Part shown: positions 61,760-64,000 of the stretch, piece after piece
Layout: every line of letters starts with the position of its first letter
Numbering within the stretch: position 1 is the first letter of the stretch
Assembly: GCF_021869535.1 (NCBI RefSeq)
Contig: NW_026262723.1
Span: 22,258,001-22,322,000, forward strand
Direction of reading: 5' to 3'
From: Mytilus californianus
Lineage: Eukaryota
Length of the DNA stretch: 64,000 nt
Position numbers and translations under genes: made by a program
Notes under the pieces: model-generated
What the model saw: the letters and a program-made list of their open reading frames with translations, nothing else
Databases searched by the model: none
Told to the model about the DNA's origin: nothing

Positions 61760-63230
61760 GGGAATAACTAAGTGCAAATAGAATAAACACTGGGGAAAAC
61801 TGACAGACAATCGGAATAACCACTGGGAATAACTGACAGACAATCTTAATAACCACTGCGAATGACTAATTGAAAAACGGAATAACTGACAGACAATCTT
61901 AATAACCACTGCGAATGACTAATTAAAAACGGAATAACTGACAGACAATCTTAATAACCACTGGGGAAAACTGACAGACAATCGGAATTATCACTGGGAA
62001 TAACTGACAGACAATCTGAATAACCACTGCGAATGACTATTTGAAAAACGGAATAACTGACAGACAATCGGAATAATCACTTGGAATAGCTGACAGACAA
62101 TCTTAATAACCACTGCGCATGACTAATTAAAAAAACGGAATAACTGACAGACAATCGGAATTACCACTGGGAATAGCTGACAGACAATCTTAATAACCAC
62201 TGCGAATAACTAATTAAAAAACGGAATAACTGACAGACAATCGGAATTACCACTGGGAATAGCTGACAGACAATCTTAATAACCACTGCGAATGACTAAT
62301 TGAAAAAAAGAATAACTGACAGACAATCGGAATAATCACTGGAAATAACTGACAGACAATCGGAATTACCACTGGGTATAACTGACAGACAATCGGAATT
62401 ACCACTGGGAATAACTGATAGACAATCGGAATTACCACTGGGAATAACTGACAGACAATCGGAATTACCACTGGGAATAACTGACAGACAATCTTAATAA
62501 CCACTGGGAATGACTAATTGAAAAACGGAATAACTGACAGACAATCGGAATAATCACTGGAAATAACTGACAGACAATCGGAATAACCACTGGGAATATC
62601 TGATGAAAAAACCGAATTACTACTGGGAATATCTGACAGCTAACGGAATAACCGATAGACAAATGGAATATTCAGTAGGAAAACTGATGAACAAACGGAT
62701 TAACCACTAGGATTAACTGACAGACAATCGGAATAACCACTGGAAATAACTGGCAAAAAATCGGAATAATCACAGTGTATAACTGACAGACAATCGGAAT
62801 AACCACTGGGAATAACTGACAGACCATCGGAATAAACACTTGGAATATCTGACGGAAAAACGGAATAACTACTGGAAGTATCTGACAGTTAACGGAATAA
62901 CCAATAGACAAATGGAACATTCAGTAGGAAAACTGAGGAACAAACCGAATAACCACTGGTAATAACTGATGAACATAGAACAGAGACAAAACGGAATTAC
63001 CAATGGGAATAACTGACAGACACATGGAATCACCAATGGGAAAAACAAACAAATGTTATCACCGTTGGGAATATCTGACAAATGGAATAACTGCTGGGAA
63101 TAACTGACTTAAAAATGGAATAATCATGTGGAATTAACGACAAACAAAATAATCATGGGGTAAAACAGACAAATGGAATAAAGTTAGTTAACACTGGGAA
63201 TGACTGACAGACAAACAAAATAACTACTGG
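61760..63230. repeat. 33-bp minisatellite with higher-order structure
   Basis: Basic unit gaataaccactgggaataactgacagacaatcg interleaved with a longer ~55-57-nt variant containing gcgaatgactaattgaaaaacg; degenerates toward 63230. Confidence 0.95.
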
Positions 63231-64000
63231 TGAAAACCTGGGACTATTATATTAACGTTTAGACGTTATGCACGGTATTGCGTCTCAATTGGTAACGACG
63301 TAATTTGACGTTTTCAACCAATAATCGGGGACGTTTATTCTTTTTCTTTTCCTTTTTCATTGGCAAAGTTGTGTGTAGTCAATTTTGATACTTCTAAGTG
63401 TAAGAGTAAGATAATAAGGCATATCATGTAATAAAACTCGATGATTTCCCTGTTTTTTGCGGAAAGAAGGAAGCGTCCCCCAATTTTGATTTAAATGAAG
63501 CAGCGGAGATTTTGTTACAAATGAATAGAGTCATACTTAAAAGGTGAACACGATTAAATAATCAATACTCTACCAATTTTGATATTTTGTAAATTAAATT
63601 TTAAAAGAAAAGAATTATGGGAAATATAATTGTATTGTTCTAATATAGTTACAGACTTATATAATATCAAAATCAAACTCTTCAGGAGCAACAGTTGTGT
63701 TGTCACTTTCAAGATCTACACATACATACATGAAACATATTGCAGCACAATAACAAAATGCAATTTTATGTCGGGTCGGAAGATTTAATAAAGAAATGGC
63801 ATATTTCAATTCGATCATAATGTTATAGAGCCCTTCGCCAACTTTCGAAACTCTGTCGAACGAACAGCACAAATCATATAAACACTTTCGTCGATAGTAT
63901 GGTCTTGCTGTTACTTTTTAAAGCCTGGATCCTCTGCTAAAACCGTAACCACGATGTTCAGTCAGCAAGAATTTGCTAATGAAATCATAAATGAAATATT

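Noticed and set aside
61712-63081. Hydrophobic periodic ORFs (CQLFPVVIPIV)
   Set aside because: Translations of the 33-bp minisatellite; no splice or domain support.

Overview
AT-rich, repeat-dense animal genomic DNA. The repeat families look like those of bivalves, most likely a mussel (Mytilus); this comes from recognition, not a database search. Four intron-containing protein genes were rebuilt by hand with GT-AG junctions and consistent phases. (1) 4-aminobutyrate aminotransferase (ABAT), minus strand, exons 1-9 (9184 to 1383); the 3' third lies beyond the left edge. (2) A 460-aa type I membrane protein, plus strand, 8 exons (11898-20709): signal peptide, two CUB domains, one TM helix and a 163-aa tail with 8 tyrosines. 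(3) A 501-aa zinc-finger protein, minus strand, 4 exons (41897 to 35582): a ZEB/Zfh1-type finger pair and a PxDLS CtBP motif, but no homeodomain and no second finger cluster (a 'mini-ZEB'). (4) CLN8, minus strand, single coding exon (51924 to 51085). The rest is SINEs, Penelope-like and CR1/L2-type retroelement remnants, MITEs, Helentron-type elements with internal arrays, and eight minisatellites. Top observations: tandem arrays that multiply splice sites (7 extra acceptor units at mini-ZEB exon 2, every usable one leading to a premature stop; 7 donor-like sites after exon 3; a duplicated frameshifting acceptor at ABAT exon 5); the mini-ZEB architecture itself; and several hammerhead-ribozyme-like motifs, including one fused to a tRNA-like A/B-box head just upstream of CLN8.
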